NCBI RefSeq assembly: GCF_000027125.1
Contig: NC_017626.1
DNA: 64,000 nt
Reading direction: 5' to 3' (one strand)
Source of the DNA: Escherichia coli 042
GTDB taxonomy: Bacteria; Pseudomonadota; Gammaproteobacteria; Enterobacterales; Enterobacteriaceae
The position numbers and the translations under genes were made by a program. The notes below the pieces were generated by a model, which saw only the letters and a list, made by a program, of their open reading frames with translations, ran no database searches and was not told the DNA's origin. This document shows, in pieces, positions 62,081 to 64,000 of this stretch. Position 1 is the stretch's first letter; each line of letters begins with the position of its first letter.

Positions 62081-62935
62081 ATGGGAAATGGATGGCATGA
62101 ATGGCCACTGGTTATCTTTACCGTATTGGGTCAATGCGTAGTAGGCGCGCTGATTGTTAGCGGAATTGGCTGGTTCGCCGCCAAAAATGACGCAGACCGT
62201 CAGCACATTGTTCGTGGCATGTTTTTCCTCTGGCTGTTGATGGGCATCGGGTTTATTGCCTCTGTCATGCACCTGGGATCGCCACTGCGGGCGTTTAACT
62301 CGCTGAATCGAATCGGAGCTTCTGGTCTGAGTAACGAGATTGCTGCCGGTTCAATATTTTTTGCCGTAGGCGGATTATGGTGGCTGGTGGCGGTCATCGG
62401 TAAAATGCCGCAAGCGTTGGGGAAACTCTGGTTACTTGTCAGCATGGCGCTCGGCGTCATTTTCGTCTGGATGATGACCTGCGTGTATCAAATCGACACA
62501 GTGCCAACCTGGCATAACGGTTACACTACGCTGGCTTTCTTCCTGACAGTATTGTTGAGCGGTCCAATACTTGCTGCCGCAATTCTGCGGGCAGCCCGCG
62601 TTACATTTAATACCACACCATTTGCCATCATTAGCGTTCTGGCGCTGATCGCTTGTGCCGGGGTGATTGTGCTGCAAGGTTTGTCTCTGGCGTCTATTCA
62701 CTCATCCGTACAACAAGCCAGCGCACTGGTACCAGATTACGCCTCCTTACAGGTCTGGCGTGTGGTATTGTTATGCACAGGTCTAGGATGCTGGCTTTGT
62801 CCGCTCATTCGTCGCCGTGAACCTCACGTTGCCGGACTTATTCTGGGGCTAATCCTCATACTTGGCGGTGAGATGATCGGGCGTGTGCTCTTTTATGGCC
62901 TGCACATGACGGTAGGAATGGCCATTGCAGGTTAA
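62081..62935 (+). CDS. ynfH: membrane anchor subunit (DmsC-like)
   Basis: 284 aa from MGNGWHEWPLVIFTVLGQCVVGALIV.., multi-TM. The ATG is 2 nt after the ynfG stop. The longer track ORF (61841-) is an upstream out-of-gene extension. Confidence 0.92.
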   Translation: MGNGWHEWPLVIFTVLGQCVVGALIVSGIGWFAAKNDADRQHIVRGMFFLWLLMGIGFIASVMHLGSPLRAFNSLNRIGASGLSNEIAAGSIFFAVGGLWWLVAVIGKMPQALGKLWLLVSMALGVIFVWMMTCVYQIDTVPTWHNGYTTLAFFLTVLLSGPILAAAILRAARVTFNTTPFAIISVLALIACAGVIVLQGLSLASIHSSVQQASALVPDYASLQVWRVVLLCTGLGCWLCPLIRRREPHVAGLILGLILILGGEMIGRVLFYGLHMTVGMAIAG

Positions 62936-62977
62936 CAAATTGGTGCGGGGCAACCCGCACATTTCAGGATGTTAGGA

Positions 62978-63592
62978 ATGACCCATTTTTCACAGCAAGA
63001 TAATTTTTCTGTCGCGGCGCGCGTGTTGGGCGCGCTGTTTTATTACGCTCCAGAGAGTGCGGAAGCCGCACCACTGGTTGCGGTACTCACCAGTGACGGC
63101 TGGGAAACTCAGTGGCCTCTACCAGAAGCGTCATTAGCGCCGCTGGTGACGGCTTTTCAGGCACAGAGTGAAGAGACTCGCGCCCAGGCCTGGCAACGTT
63201 TGTTTGTCGGTCCGTGGGCTCTGCCATCACCGCCGTGGGGGTCGGTCTGGCTGGATCGCGAATCTGTGCTGTTTGGCGATTCAACATTGGCACTTCGTCA
63301 GTGGATGCGCGAGAAAGGCATTCAGTTTGAAATGCAGCAAAACGAACCGGAAGATCATTTTGGTTCACTGCTGTTGATGGCTGCGTGGTTGGCGGAGAAT
63401 GGTCGCCAGACAGAATGCGAAGAATTGCTGGCATGGCACCTTTTTCCGTGGTCAACACGTTTTCTTGACGTTTTTATCGAAAAAGCAGAACACCCTTTCT
63501 ACCGTGCACTGGGTGAACTGGCTCGCTTAACGCTGGCGCAATGGCAATCACAACTGTTAATTCCTGTCGCGGTTAAACCACTCTTTCGATAG
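62978..63592 (+). CDS. dmsD: Tat proofreading chaperone DmsD
   Basis: 204 aa from MTHFSQQDNFSVAARVLGALFYYAPESAEAAPLVAVL.., recalled DmsD. Confidence 0.93.
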   Translation: MTHFSQQDNFSVAARVLGALFYYAPESAEAAPLVAVLTSDGWETQWPLPEASLAPLVTAFQAQSEETRAQAWQRLFVGPWALPSPPWGSVWLDRESVLFGDSTLALRQWMREKGIQFEMQQNEPEDHFGSLLLMAAWLAENGRQTECEELLAWHLFPWSTRFLDVFIEKAEHPFYRALGELARLTLAQWQSQLLIPVAVKPLFR

Positions 63593-63785
63593 GATCACCG
63601 TAATATTGCCGGATGGTGGCGATTACGCGCAATTCGGCAATAATAGGTTACAGTGTCACGTTTTTTATCTCTTAAAGCACGCACTGCTTTTGCGTCTGGC
63701 TTCTTTTGCCGCAAAATAGTCGCCCGTGTTTCATTGCCCATTTCTGCTCATGCATCATCTACACATCTATCCGGATCTGCGCACT

Positions 63786-64000
63786 ATGTTCCGCCGTCTG
63801 CTTATCGCAACAGCTGTCGGTATTCTCGCGGCCTTTGCCGTTGCCGGGTTTCGTCATGCGATGCTGCTACTGGAGTGGTTGTTCCTCAATAATGACTCGG
63901 GCAGTCTGGTCAATGCAGCGACAAATCTTTCCCCGTGGCGACGGCTTCTAACTCCGGCGCTCGGCGGACTGGCGGCGGGTTTGTTGTTGATGGGCTGGCA
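63786..64000 (+). CDS. clcB: voltage-gated ClC-type chloride channel ClcB, N-terminal part (3' end off-window)
   Basis: Hand translation gives [71 protein letters not shown].., open to the window end. Recalled ClcB. Confidence 0.85.
   Translation, partial: MFRRLLIATAVGILAAFAVAGFRHAMLLLEWLFLNNDSGSLVNAATNLSPWRRLLTPALGGLAAGLLLMGW

Overview
This window is Escherichia coli chromosome. It has the same backbone order I recall for K-12 near 1.6 Mb: ydfH-ydfZ-ydfI-ydfJ on the left, and rspBA-ynfA-ynfB-speG-ynfC-ynfD-ynfEFGH-dmsD-clcB on the right. A lambdoid prophage of about 47.6 kb (3615-51228) sits in the 5' end of ydfJ. It is bounded by an 11-bp direct repeat (GAAATCCATAA), and the first 36 codons of ydfJ lie at the far end next to the integrase. 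The prophage has the full lambda gene order: int-xis-ydfE(exonuclease)-ydfD-dicB-dicF-ydfCBA, then dicA(cI-like)/dicC(cro-like)-YdaT-like(cII analogue)-O-like initiator with internal iterons, then a methyltransferase and small nin-like genes. These are followed by an IS, flxA, relBE-hokD, rem, ydfU and quuQ(Q) with a PR'-like promoter and terminator. Next come the lysis cassette (essQ-ydfR-rrrQ-Rz/Rz1) interspersed with cspF/cspB/cspI, then cos and an almost gene-for-gene lambda head and tail module (Nu1 A W B C D E FI FII Z U V G/T H M L K I J lom stf tfa), then pinQ and ydfK. It looks like a far less deleted relative of the K-12 Qin/Kim cryptic prophage. It is nevertheless defective through many small lesions: a TGA at codon 3 of W, a 1-nt frameshift in tape-measure H, a TAA in flxA, a TAA plus an A-run frameshift in the methyltransferase, in-frame TAG codons in two adjacent small early genes, an Rz lacking its 5' end, and an IS insertion. 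I recognised no rRNA, tRNA or CRISPR. Gene identities rest on six-frame translations and my recall of K-12 and lambda proteins; no database search was run.
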